From Phoronis australis (lineage: Eukaryota > Animalia > Phoronida): a DNA stretch of 64,000 nt. Positions 52,901 through 64,000 of the stretch are shown here, in pieces (within the stretch, counting starts at the first letter, position 1; the number at the start of each line of letters is the position of its first letter). Made by a program: the position numbers and the translations under genes. The stretch spans positions 54,980 to 118,979 of the forward strand of contig NMRA01000675.1 of assembly GCA_002633005.1 (NCBI GenBank), given 5' to 3'. A model generated the notes under the pieces. That model was not told the DNA's origin, made no database searches, and saw only the letters and a list, made by a program, of their open reading frames with translations.

Positions 52901-55900
52901 TCATCACTGAAACACTGGAGAGCAATTCACCTGCACAAGAACCAAGAGAAGCTCTTGGTGCCCGCGCTGACGCACACAATTGTTTTCGGCGATACGGTGC
53001 GCTACTCGTGTGATGTTGGCTATCATTGGTTCCTGAGCGTGGATGACAGTGGTTCGAGGACCGAGATCAACGTACAATGCGACGTTGATCACAAGATACA
53101 CATGCCGGATTCGTGCTCCAGTAAGCTTTCCGTTGTAAACACAGATCGTTTATTTTGTTCTGCATTTCTTCGTTTCTGAAGTGGCAGTCACTTTTGTTCT
53201 CAAAAGAGCTGGTATGGTGTAACTACACGAGAGCAAAAGTTGACACAACAATGTCACTCCGTTTCTAAAGTAGAGAAAGATACCCCCGATCATCTCGATT
53301 CATGTTATCTGTAAATGTAGCTCTTAGCACAAGACCAAGGCGATGTCGAGGCGGAAGGGGTCGTCTCAATACTGAGCCAGTGCGGTGCTTCACTCATAAG
53401 ATTCCAACTTGAAAATTGAGTATCAGGCAACTCAAATTCGCATAAGAGAGTCTCAACCTAAGATCCAGGTGGACCAGTACGTTCAGTCGTAGCCTACAAT
53501 TAAAATATTGTCAGTTTCTTGACAGGGTTTATTTCTTGTAAACCTACTGACTTGAACGACTGTAAAGAATACATAAACCCCGTTTGCTTATTCGTTTGTT
53601 CTTTTTTCTGGACAAATGTCAAGTGACAGGAGTAAATCAACTCTTACCCGCTCTAAATATCCTTTAGTAATAGAACACGACGACAGATATACATGCATGG
53701 TATGTGGGATACGGTTTGCGTCTGTGCTGCGCATTTACCACAAGCTAACCACAGCGTAGTGTACTGCTAACGTAGTAACGTATTAAAGGTAACGGGCAAA
53801 TTAAGAGTGCTTGCATGTAACAATCGAGCAAATGGTTCAGGCAAAATCTTAGTTTTCCTCTTGCAGAGCATAGCAAGGCTCTCCAGAACACACCAAGTTA
53901 TCAGACAGTTATTTTTCTCAAAATTTGCACAATATCACTTGGCCAAAAAGCCTAAAATGCCTTGGAATATACCTCGCAAAACAGAGGAGGAGGTGAACAG
54001 TTATATTATGGTAGTAAAATTCAGAAACTGAAAGATGTCTTAAATATTTGGAAAACCAGATATTTGACGACAGCAGGGCGCATTTACGGTAGTTAAAGCG
54101 CGTAGTTTGTCTAGGTTAATACACCCTTTGTCCAATATTGAAGTTACACTGTGCATAAATAGGGTTATAGAAATGAATAGAATAAAGATTTTATTTGTGC
54201 GGCAAATCACCAAGAATAAATGAATCTGCTTCTGTATGAGGAAGGAAGGTTAAAATATCCTAGTATGGAAATAATTGAAAAAATTACATGTTCAAATGGA
54301 GCAAACGTTTTTAAACGCTTTCTTTTGTCTTTAAAAATCCAAACAAAAACAGTAGTTGGAACTTTACAAAGCTGTGAAAAAACATAACATCGAGAAAATG
54401 CTCACATGTTCACGGTATTCATACAATTCTTGAATGGTTAAATAATGTGTTTCCTAAATACGAATGATGTTAGTAGTATCAAGTAATCAAAATGTGAACA
54501 AGGGTTTCAGTGAGCCTTTGCTTAAAATGTACGCATGTGAATAAAATCCATCAATCGATTGCTCGACGGCAGTGTTGAATAGCAATTGTGCACGCAAAGA
54601 ATTTAATCTTCGATGTATACGCATGTGCGGTTTTAGGCTAGTGAAAGCAGCCCTAGTTCCTTAAAGTTCTGTTATAAAAGAGGACGGTCCTGTTTGGAGG
54701 GGAAATCTTTTCTCAAGCTTAAGTTACTTACATGCATTAGCATTATAACGTCATACAGAAAGTGACGAATTGTATCAAATGAGTGTGACTTAGCACCACA
54801 AATTTACGCTCTATGCTGTGATGACTTTGGTACAATTTGTGCAAAACAAAACCCTGTTATCTTTTTTAGAGAAATGCGCCTTGAGGGACTCATCAGTTGG
54901 ACGCTTCACGTTCACCGTCAAACACAATGGCACTGAAAGGCTGCTCGTAAATGAAGAGACAGTGGTTATTTCTGAAGACATCATGGTGGTGTACAAATGT
55001 CAGCAGAATTTCATGTGGGAAGACCAGCAGGGAAACATAATTAAAGAGAAGACCCTAAAAGGATGCAACCCGCCTGATCCCTGCATAGGTATTGTGTTCT
55101 ATATTAAATAACTTCGGATATAGCCTGTTTGAATCTAAAAAGAAAAAAATGCTACCATGATTATGAAAAAGTTGTTATAGGTATATGCAGTTTCTGAGAA
55201 TGTTTTAGCAAGGGAGTGCCAATATTTCGGTCATTTTGAGGACATACATGTACATGTAGCAGACGTTGCTACGTAGGCAAAGTACTAGCCTCGGCAACCG
55301 CCACTTGGTGGCTTCATGGACAGTTGGTAAGTATGGAATTCTTGTGGAAATAACCATACGCAGTTGTAAAATATTTTATCGCGGTTATTTTGAGTCAGGT
55401 GTGCCTTCACTGGCACATTTCGTAGCAACGGTACGTACTAGGTAATCCTTTGCCATAACCATCGTCTATTCGCATCAAAATACTGCGCACAGTGGAACGC
55501 ACTCACAGTAAATGATGAGTCAGATTTACTTGCATACTGAAAACATGGTAAATAACGTAGAAAATAAATCTGAAACTAAATAAGGCGATCCAGATCCTCC
55601 CAAGGATACTATTGTTTCACGAAATGTAGAATATAAATAGATAAATAAAACAACAAGAAAGGATCAACTGAAATTCTCGGATATAATAACGTCCTTCGTC
55701 AACAGGAACAGAAATAAAGTAAAATCAAACACTATTACAATTGGCATTTAAGATGTGGCGTAATGAATAAGATACAATATTATTTACTTTATAACTTGTA
55801 AAAAATGTTCTATCCAATACGTAGGACAAACTCAACATAATCTACAAACTCGGTTCGTAATCATAGATTTAACATAATACATAAAAACATTTCTGATACT

Positions 55901-58900
55901 ACAGGTAATCATTTCAATTCCAAAAACCATAATGTTCAAGATCTTTCTGTACAAATAATAGAAAAACTCCAACACCCCAGTACCCCTCACAGACTCAAAA
56001 GAGAACTATATTGGATAGACAATCTCTATACACTAGAACCTCATGGATTAAACATTAAAAGTTCTTAAATTATATCATTGAAAATTTTTCCCGAAAACAT
56101 GGAAACGTTTGATGCCTTTGTACTATGCTTGAACTATTAGCTGTAATACTGTCGCACCGTACAGAAAAGCCGTTGTTGCCATTGGAGTTGGGCCACATTA
56201 TCTAATCCAGGGGCCTGTTCCAAGGAAACTGACTTAGCTAAGATTATAGGGGACAAATAAAACAACAAGAATAATATATATTTTAAGTTGTATTGGGATT
56301 TTCAGGGTCACAGTTCTACATTAAATTTCAGTCAATTTTAAGGTAAAACTTTAATTTGCATTCAGACCGTTTCAACAAAGAGATCTTATGTTTGACTTAA
56401 GTTTTGTCTTAATTTTGACCATCTTTCCAAATGTGGAAGTTTCAAAGTATAGAAGTCGAGACAAGTCTTGGACTTAAGCTAAAATGAACTCAAGTAAAGC
56501 CAGTTGCTTGGAGTGGGCCCCTGTTTGTTGAAACTTGAAAAAGTTTCTTTGCTTAAGCATCAGTAAGCGTTCATTTGAATTATGCTTCTTCATGTCAATT
56601 ACTCATCGTTACTGGCGGTCTTATCAATGACCTTTTTCTCTAGTATAGTACGCATTTGAGATACGTGTCTAGCATTCAGTGCTAGACTCGAAAACTCTAG
56701 TCTGAACTCCAGTTTGAACCTCGAATATTGGAGTCATCTCACGCAAACGTGACGTGAAAACAAACCTGCTCAACCACAAGGTACTCGAGCAAACCACCGC
56801 TAGTACTTCGTTTGCTTCATTTCAATGTAGAATAGAATGCCAGATACAAGATGGAGTTTGAGTTCGAGTTCAGAGATTCGATTGCGTATCCAAGGTCCGC
56901 GGTTTAATCTTTGTACTCGAAAAAACAACAAAGTTTGGAAATTTGTGTTCACTCGTCCGTGTTTTCTTACATTTGGTTTATCTAAATTATGTTACATACC
57001 ATTGAAAAGCCCAGCTATTCCTCTTTCTAGCTATACCACATTTTGTAAATACATTTTTGACATGCTCAGTAACTTTATTGCCAAATAGATCTTGGTCTCA
57101 AAGTGAATGTTGCAAATTTCCCTGTTTTTGGCAAGCAGTGTCCCGACTGTTGATGGTTACCTAAATGCAGTAAAGTAGGCCTACCGAGAAGACATCCTGC
57201 AGCCACTGGCAATCCCAGTCAGTGGCAATCCCTACTCTTTAACGTATGATACCTAATTTCGTGGCCCAAGATGACGACGCCCCCTCCCCCCTTACCGAGC
57301 CAGACAATCTGCGCCTCGCAGGAGTACAGCAAATGGAATGACCCGCATGCATCCCAGACTTGAACACAACCGAACGCCTGTGGGACCAAGTCGAGTGACC
57401 ACTGTCGCTGACTGACTCAGGTGTGGAATGCCATCACACAGCAACACGTCGCCAGGCTAATAAACAGCTTGCGGGGAAGGTGTGTCGCAGTAGTGACTGC
57501 AAATGCTTCGTTAACCCGATACTGAGAATACTGTCACTACTATCACTATTGTCTATCAGTTGTTCAATAATAAACCGTTTAAGTTTTGACAAATTGTTAT
57601 AAGTTTTTATTGCCATGGAACCAGCACTGTTGCTATTGAAAAAGCTGAATACTCAAGAGTGAATACACATTTAGCTCCAACATTCATTTCTAGACAAAAC
57701 CCTCTTTGACAGCAAAGTTACTAAACACAATAAGCATTTATTGACGGAATGTGGTATCGTTGTAAAGGGGAGTGACTTAGCTTTTCATTGGCATGTAATG
57801 TGATTTAATTAGACCAAAAATGATAAAAAACACGGGCGAGTGAACACGAATTTTCAAACTTTTGTTGATATGTATATTTTTTGCTATTTTCATTCCTACC
57901 GTTGTGTGTACTCAAGACAGGTGTCTATAGTTCTATGCGTATGTACAATTTACCGTATACACGTGTGCTTGTAAACAATTTACCGTATACATGTGTGCTT
58001 GTAAACAATTTACCGTATACATGTGTGCTTGTAAAAAATTTACCGTATACATGTGTGCTTGTAAACAATTTACCGTATACATGTGTGCTTGTAAACAATT
58101 TACCGTATACATGTATGCACACACTGCGTTTTACTTATCGGTGAAAGTGGCTCTCTACCTCACATAATATCTACGTGTTCTGAAATGTCGATGAAAACTT
58201 AAGCCATTCGTCCAATTTTGAGTTAATAATCAATGTGAACGTGAATACACATCAGGGCATCATTTTGTAGCGATGCATCGTGTCTTTATAGTCTACACTT
58301 TTGGGTCTAGAAGTTTGTTCATGCGTGGACATTTATCTCGAGAGGAATAATTGGTGTCCTAACCACTTAGGTCTTTTTAATCAAAATCTGACAATGATTG
58401 TAGAAATTTACAATGCATTGCCATGGCAAATAGGTCACGAGCTACACGAAAACGACACCCCAAACATTTAGTATTGTAACAGTTCATTATTATTATCATT
58501 ACCAATCTAATTATTATCATCGATATCATCGTCATTATTATTGTACTTGTTGCTGTTACTATTATTTTTGTTGTTGCCGTTATTATTTTTGTTGTTGTTG
58601 ATATTATATTGATATTATAATCATTAAGTTTAGGCAATTATACATTTGTAAACGACGTTTGTATTCACTCCCAGATATTTTGAATAGCATGTTATCCGAG
58701 TTGTCATGTTTTCTGATTTCAACTCCCAGCTGAATCTTGCACCTTGCCGAATCCACTGCCTGCGTACACAGCGGAGATAAAAGGACAAAATCAAACACTC
58801 CAACCCGGAGCAACCTTTCAAAAAACTCAAAGCGTGGTGATAACGTGTCCTCCAAACAATGGGTTCCCAGACCATGACCTGGTAAACTCGGTGGATGTTA

Positions 58901-61900
58901 CCTGTCCGGAGGACGGCAATGCACCCTTTCCTGTAACTGGCTGCGAAGGTATGCCTCGAGGACATGTTTGTTTCACAACTATTCATGGCAGAACTTACAG
59001 AGAAATCATATTTCATACCTTCTGTTTCACAGTAACCTTTGGAGTGTTTTGTCCTCAAATGTCATATTGGAGTTCGACACTGCCGCAAAGTAGTCATTGT
59101 TTTACCACATAGATTAATTTTGAATATTTGAATATTATTTCGGATTTCAAATAACAGATTGCTTAATTCGAAAATTGTTGTTTTTATGCTTAAATGTTTT
59201 TACCAATGCGTTGAATAATGGATTATCATGTGTGATCGCCCACACCGAACCTGAGGTCGACAGCACATTATGAGACAAGACAGTGAAGCAAGCAATTTTC
59301 CAAATAATTCCAAGTGCATTTAAGAATATATTTGAACACTACGATACCATTAAAACTAATTCCAAACAGTTAGCCCTTCCATCAATTACTTCTTAATCAG
59401 ATTGGCTGCTGTTTAAGTCGCTATTATTTGTTTACATCAAAGGTTAGATTTTCCATAGTGTACTAGAAAAAGGCTCCGCATTTGTCTTCCCATACCAAAT
59501 AATGAGACGTGCTTTGCCTTGTGGGAGAAAAATCGACGAAGTGACGTGCAGTTGACAGATCGTTTTCGAAATTTGAAACTAAAGGAAAAATGCTTTGACA
59601 TCAACAGGCATTGAAAAATCTTTACTAACAAACCGCAAGTACCTAGTGAGCAGGATTTGAATTCTGACATTTACAGCTGAACAAGCACAATGTATCCTTT
59701 TACATGTAAGTGATCTACCCTGATTTATAGAAATGACTTTAGCGAATTTTATTTTCTCGAGGTGATACTGCAGCACAGATGCTTCAACGTATTAGGTGAG
59801 GCGTGAGGGGCAATTTCCCCCAGCCTCGGCTAAAAGTAAGGAGAATTCGGGCACAACAAGAAAAGGGCGGAAATCGGAAAATTCAATGGGGAAATAAAAA
59901 GTGAAACGGGTGGCGACTTCGGCTGAAAAAGCCACGCGGATTACCTTATCCTCCTGTCTGGTGTCTTTTTTAAATCACGCCAATATTCTTACCTTGTACA
60001 GAATTGCCAGACGCAAAATAGTAATTTCCCATTTCATTTGTTTGTCTACTTTATCCAAGGTTATACTCCGAACTTATTCCAAAATGGCACAAACCCATGC
60101 CATTTAACGGCCTCTCGACAACAATAGCCTACCGTTCGACCAATACTTGACATAAATTGAAATACAATCGAGTTACTTTCATAGCCTTTTTTCTGAGCCT
60201 GGTACTGGTTCTGTATTTAGTACGCTTCCAGTCGGTTTGTTGGTTTTCAGACCCCTAAATACGATAAGGAGCCTATGTCATTGTTTACTTTTTAGCTCAG
60301 ATGAAGTCAATAATTGTATTGCAGTGTTGACAGCGTATTTATATCCATTCTGTTATTCACAGAAAGCTTTTCCCACATGCTTAGATTCAGATTGCTATGA
60401 TTTCAGCCTTCTGCAAATTTACAATTGGGCGACAAGCAAATGTGCGATGGAGTGCTACGCGAGCGGATGGTTCAGCCTTCGCCTACAACAACCAATTTCG
60501 AGTGCCGATCGATGCAGAGGTGACATTTACGTGTCAGGCGGACTATCATTGGCCTGACTCAACCATTGACTACGTTTATTCGAAGAAGAAAGTCGGTCAT
60601 ACTTGTCAAGCAGGAAACACCACGACATTAACAGTCCCCACTTCGTGTGAAGGTAAACCAGTATACAACACACCAACATATATTGAGTTGCACTGATTAG
60701 CAAGACTTCAAAGCCACTTTGAACAAAAATGACATTGAACTTAGTCGCCTGAAACTAACCTGTGTAACTATTGCTGGACCCTACCCTTGATTACGTTGGG
60801 GTGAATCTTTGTAATGGATTCTTAATTGTATCTGTAACACTTTAATCTGTTAGTTTACCTTTGTGCCTTTAATTGAACATGTGAATAATTGCAGAATTTT
60901 GCACGATGATTGTATCGGATACTTCCAACTACGATGTGACGGTGTCCATAGGCAATGCGAACGTCAAACTTACTCCCGGTGTTCGAACGCCCATTTCCAA
61001 GATAGCAACATTGCGTACAGACTGTCATCCGGGCTTTCATTGGTTAGTTCAGCCAGCTGGACAGTCTCTAGTTACGAAGAATGGCCAGGGGTGTACGATG
61101 GAACAGCCATGTACAGGTATCTGCAACGGAAAGCATTGCATAGTCTAGTAGAAGCGTTTGTTGCTCCCTACCGACCATATGTCATGTATGTCCCGACGTC
61201 ACGTACGCTCGAGCGTCACTCTGCAGAATACGGAACCTTTTAAGGGAGAATATTTGTATCTTGTCGACATTTTGTGCCAGTCTGTAGGTGAAATGTCTCC
61301 AACCATACACCAGTCGAACTTGGTGACCTCGACATCATAAGTAGAAAAATACTAATCTACAATAGCTTTATTATTTGAACTAAGTCACACGGAAGTTGTT
61401 TAGAACAGCGACAGCATTAAAAAAGGACTTTTTGGAAAATCAAAAAGGCTTTTTATTAAAAACAAATGACGCTAAAACGTTTTCCATATTTCTCAAGTTT
61501 TGAATCCTGTATAGCACGCCGTGAAATAAAATTCTACTCATTACAAAAAAGAAAAATAATCAGCGTTTCCACATCTTTTGAAACTGCCTAAAACATGATT
61601 TCGTTTTCAGTCAAACACTGTTTAGTCAATTTTCCACCAAACGCGCACTACTCCACAAAGGATAAAGATAACAAGGCGGTGGTCAATCAAGATAAGGTGT
61701 TAGAGGGTTCTGTACTGACGATCACATGCAAGACCAATTACAGATGGAATCGTGCGACAGGTGGCGCTCAGAGAACAGTCACTTGCCAATCAGATGGGAC
61801 ACTGGTGATGCCGGCTCCATGTACAGGTTAGAAGAGTTTCCAACGCAAGTAACTCGTTAAATGCGCACGTGACGCGTGAGCCAGGGGATAACTATGGAAG

Positions 61901-62893
61901 GAGTGCTGACTGTTGCTGTGTGCATAGGTATAGCCCTACACAAAGACCTGGATGAGTAGACTTTCTCTAACATAACCAACGACTGTTCGTGATTGTTTAA
62001 GAGTCTTCTTGAAACCGACCTTTTTGCACCATTGTATATTGCATAGTACTACTTTACCATTTTGCTAAAAATTCCTGGTATAAAAGTCTACCAACGTCGG
62101 TGTGTATCTATATTTCAATTTTAGCTTATTGTCAGCTCACACTGCCTCCAAGAGCTAGTCAACATTGGACGGCGAAGGCCGGTGCTCGAGCGCCATTCCT
62201 GCAGTTTGCCCGAACACACCACTTTGTCGGCGGCACGACGATTGTGTTCACGTGTGAGGCTTATTATCTGTGGGAGACCATGGCAAACGAGAGATTTATC
62301 ACGGAGAAGACTAAAACGTGTACAGACAAGACTATTACACCGCCAACTGATTGCCAGAGTTAGTAAACACGAAGTCAAGTAGCCTGAAACTTGTTGGGGC
62401 TGGCGGTTTGTGTAGCCTGTAGAACAGATATATCCATAAGTCAAATCATGTAGGTTGAATATATGCTGCTTTGGTTCAAGATATATCGCGAACTCATGGG
62501 AATTATTTTACTGTTGAGGTTCATGTAAACTGGTTTCAGCTTTTTTACATAGTTGACATCACTTGACCTGACTTGAAATCCGTAAGGCATTGAGTGAGTT
62601 GCAAAACCACAGTAAAACTGTATGTACCTATCTGTAGTGTTACAATGCTTAATTGATTTATTACCTGGCAGGTTCTTGTCAACTGTCAATCCCTCGCAAC
62701 TATAATTACGTCAGCAAGATAATTGTTTTGAGCACCAATAAGGAGATGTCACTAGCTGAAGGTTGGTCGGGATTAGTTCCAATGAACGCTGACATTGAGC
62801 AGAAATGTGACGACGGATATCATTGGCTGACAGAAGGAGTGTCCAAAAAGACAAAATCGGCCTCTAGTTGCGTCGTTCAGAGAAGATGTACAG
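46932..62893 (+). CDS. Gene C (spliced): secreted protein with a signal peptide and at least 11 divergent Sushi/CCP-like modules (at least 871 aa)
   Basis: Signal exon plus 11 symmetric phase-1 exons (216-261 bp), all stop-free; each has 4 Cys and a C-x2-[GND]-[YWF]-x-[WFV]-like motif; 3' end unresolved. Confidence 0.88.
47403..47803. mobile_element. MITE with about 65-bp TIRs (CACC...GGTG) in the first coding intron of gene C
   Basis: caccaagtgg..aaag.cctccggtggac..cttcagctc...taagagct matches its reverse complement at the other end. Confidence 0.7.
48152..48469 (+). mobile_element. Long form of the CAGGGGCGGATCC MITE
   Basis: caaggtcggatccaggattt...aaatccgcctctg; flanks AGAGT/TGAGT (4 of 5 match). 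Confidence 0.7.
50162..50389 (+). CDS. Gene C module 1
   Basis: tttcag acceptor, gtaagt donor; CTID...LTCHLGYHF...FNC...KAC. Confidence 0.88.
50721..50969 (+). CDS. Gene C module 2
   Basis: cttcag acceptor, gtaagt donor; HCKL...WACLTGWKV...ATC...YEW...GC. Confidence 0.88.
51903..52163 (+). CDS. Gene C module 3
   Basis: tcacag acceptor, gtgagt donor; HCTL...YTCKQGWQV...ATC...YVW...GC. Confidence 0.88.
52872..53120 (+). CDS. Gene C module 4
   Basis: tcaaag acceptor, gtaagc donor; CKLTIPP...GDTVRYSCDVGYHW...VQC...PDSC. Confidence 0.88.
54870..55088 (+). CDS. Gene C module 5
   Basis: ttttag acceptor, gtattg donor; KCAL...YKCQQNFMW...GCNPPDPC. Confidence 0.85.
55775..56068 (+). mobile_element. 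Penelope-like element GIY-YIG endonuclease remnant
   Basis: NIIY.ITCKKCSIQYVGQT...L.TRF..HR...GNHFN..NH...DLSVQIIE...RLKRELYWI..L.TLEPHGLN, with frameshifts. Confidence 0.85.
56208..56523. mobile_element. MITE with CAGGGGCC...GGCCCCTG TIRs
   Basis: caggggcctgttccaag.aaactg.ctt versus aagccagttgcttggagtgggcccctg. Confidence 0.6.
56913..57876 (+). mobile_element. Tc1-like element, internally deleted, about 200-bp TIRs
   Basis: Inverted blocks at about 56920-57112 and 57678-57870; decayed YREDIL.P, QDDDAP, E*PACIPDLNTTERLWDQ (WP..SPDLNPIE motif) and WNAI.Q...LINSL..RC.AV. Confidence 0.85.
57945..58113. repeat. 30-bp minisatellite, about 5.5 copies
   Basis: Unit acaatttaccgtatacatgtgtgcttgtaa; explains the repetitive ORFs at 57881-58144. 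Confidence 0.95.
58487..58625. repeat. Degenerate (ATT/GTT)n microsatellite
   Basis: Trinucleotide low-complexity tract. Confidence 0.7.
58730..58948 (+). CDS. Gene C module 6
   Basis: tcccag acceptor, gtatgc donor; SCTLP...ITCPPNNGF...VTCPEDG...GC. Confidence 0.85.
60407..60652 (+). CDS. Gene C module 7
   Basis: tttcag acceptor, gtaaac donor; FCKFTI...FTCQADYHW...HTC...PTSC. Confidence 0.88.
60895..61116 (+). CDS. Gene C module 8
   Basis: ttgcag acceptor, gtatct donor; FCTM...DCHPGFHW...GCTMEQPC. Confidence 0.85.
61611..61826 (+). CDS. Gene C module 9
   Basis: tttcag acceptor, gttaga donor; HCLVNFPPNA...GSVLTITCKTNYRW...VTCQSDG...PAPC. Confidence 0.88.
62125..62358 (+). CDS. Gene C module 10
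   Basis: ttttag acceptor, gttagt donor; YCQLTLPP...FTCEAYYLW...KTC...PTDC. Confidence 0.88.
62672..62893 (+). CDS. Gene C module 11
   Basis: tggcag acceptor; SCQLSIP...KCDDGYHW...SCVVQRRC; ends at G|GCTAGT (GC donor, or read-through to TAG at 62896-62898). Confidence 0.82.
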
Positions 62894-64000
62894 GCTAGTG
62901 TTCCACACTGTTTTGCGTGCTCATAAACGTATTTCATTCAAATGACAGAATAAACGAATGTTGTACCTGCAACAACTTCATTGCCGGGCTGACAATGTCC
63001 CTTCACCAGTTGAAAGGTCACATATCAAATCTTGGCATATTTGATATATAACAATGGGGCTATTCGGAAAATCTGCCATAACTAGAGGGCGTGCGTGTAC
63101 TAGTGGTGATAGATTAACAGCCTCGATTTCGCGAGCCCTTTAAATACATGGTGAAATGGTTTGCAGCCGTGCCAACTGAATCTGAGATTGCGTAAAAAGG
63201 GTGCTTCTATGAGAGGAAATAAGCACGACCTCATGCAAAGGTAAGGTTTGTGATTATTTTAACGATTATTCCATGACTATTCTACCGATGCCTGTTAACT
63301 GAGGCACTCGCCGGTGTCGACTTCGCGGCAGTCAGAGTCTGGTTAATCTTTGTATGCTGTGATATGTGATACGATACTTGACGTAGCAATCGGGATTTTT
63401 TCGTACATCAAAGCATTATTATTGTTTGGAATGATTTCTAAAAGTTTATCAGTGACAGTTAAATCAATCAATGCTGAATGTTTATGCTGTCAACTCGATA
63501 CAGGTTAATGAGTTAAGATTACAATCCAATCCCAATGGCAAAGGGTACGTGAGTGATAAATATCCATTTCATTAGACTATTACGTCAGTTTTCACGTAAC
63601 CTTTGGTTTTTAGGTTTGAAGGCTTGTACCGTGCAGAGGAGATATGCATCGCTTCTGCACCGTCCCTGAATGGACAAAAATTGGTTTTTAGCATTTGACT
63701 GCAGCTAACCAACAAGATTTTCCCATCCAGTGCAGATCTGTTGTCAAAGCCTACTTTCAATATTGGAGACAACGAACAAAGCTTTTGAAAAGGAGCAGCT
63801 ATTTTTAAAGTCATTTTGTTAAATTACTTATTCAGGTCCCGAGGTGGGATTGGCATGGGGGGTTGTAATATTTGGTACAACTGAATGTGTGGAAATAACA
63901 GGTAATACATGTTTGGGGAAAAGAGCATGGTGAGGTAATTCTTAACCTTCACGAAGTCCCTTCAAGTTGATTTCATGAAACTGTTTTGCTACATGTATCA

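Noticed and set aside
63614-63669. Possible terminal exon of gene C (GLKACTVQRRYASLLHRP*) after a ttttag acceptor
   Set aside because: Phase-compatible but short, not module-like, and it depends on the unproven GC donor; not supportable without transcripts.

Overview
AT-rich, intron-containing animal DNA, probably from a marine invertebrate (inferred from the TACATGTA enrichment and the Kolobok/Crypton/Penelope/CR1 repeats). There are no operons, rRNA genes or CRISPR arrays, and most ORFs in the supplied track are noise. Joining exons by hand from splice sites and intron phase gives three secreted-protein genes. (A) Minus strand, 10561 to about 4881: signal peptide + unassigned beta-rich domain + TSP1 repeat, about 260 aa. 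(B) Minus strand, 25469 to 15803: complete 5-exon, 325-aa gene with a signal peptide, a PAN/apple-like domain and a fibrinogen C-terminal domain (FReD). Two broken paralogous pieces lie nearby in opposite orientations (27.4 kb and 34.3 kb). (C) Plus strand, 46932 to at least 62893: signal peptide plus 11 highly divergent Sushi/CCP-like modules, one per symmetric phase-1 exon. Modules 4-11 form a three-module super-repeat, and the last module ends at a GC donor that overlaps an in-frame stop. The rest is transposon debris: Crypton-type, L1/Tx1, CR1/L2, a Kolobok-type element with a split THAP gene, Tc1, a Penelope GIY-YIG fragment, MITEs, tRNA-derived heads and minisatellites. All calls were made by eye, without database searches.
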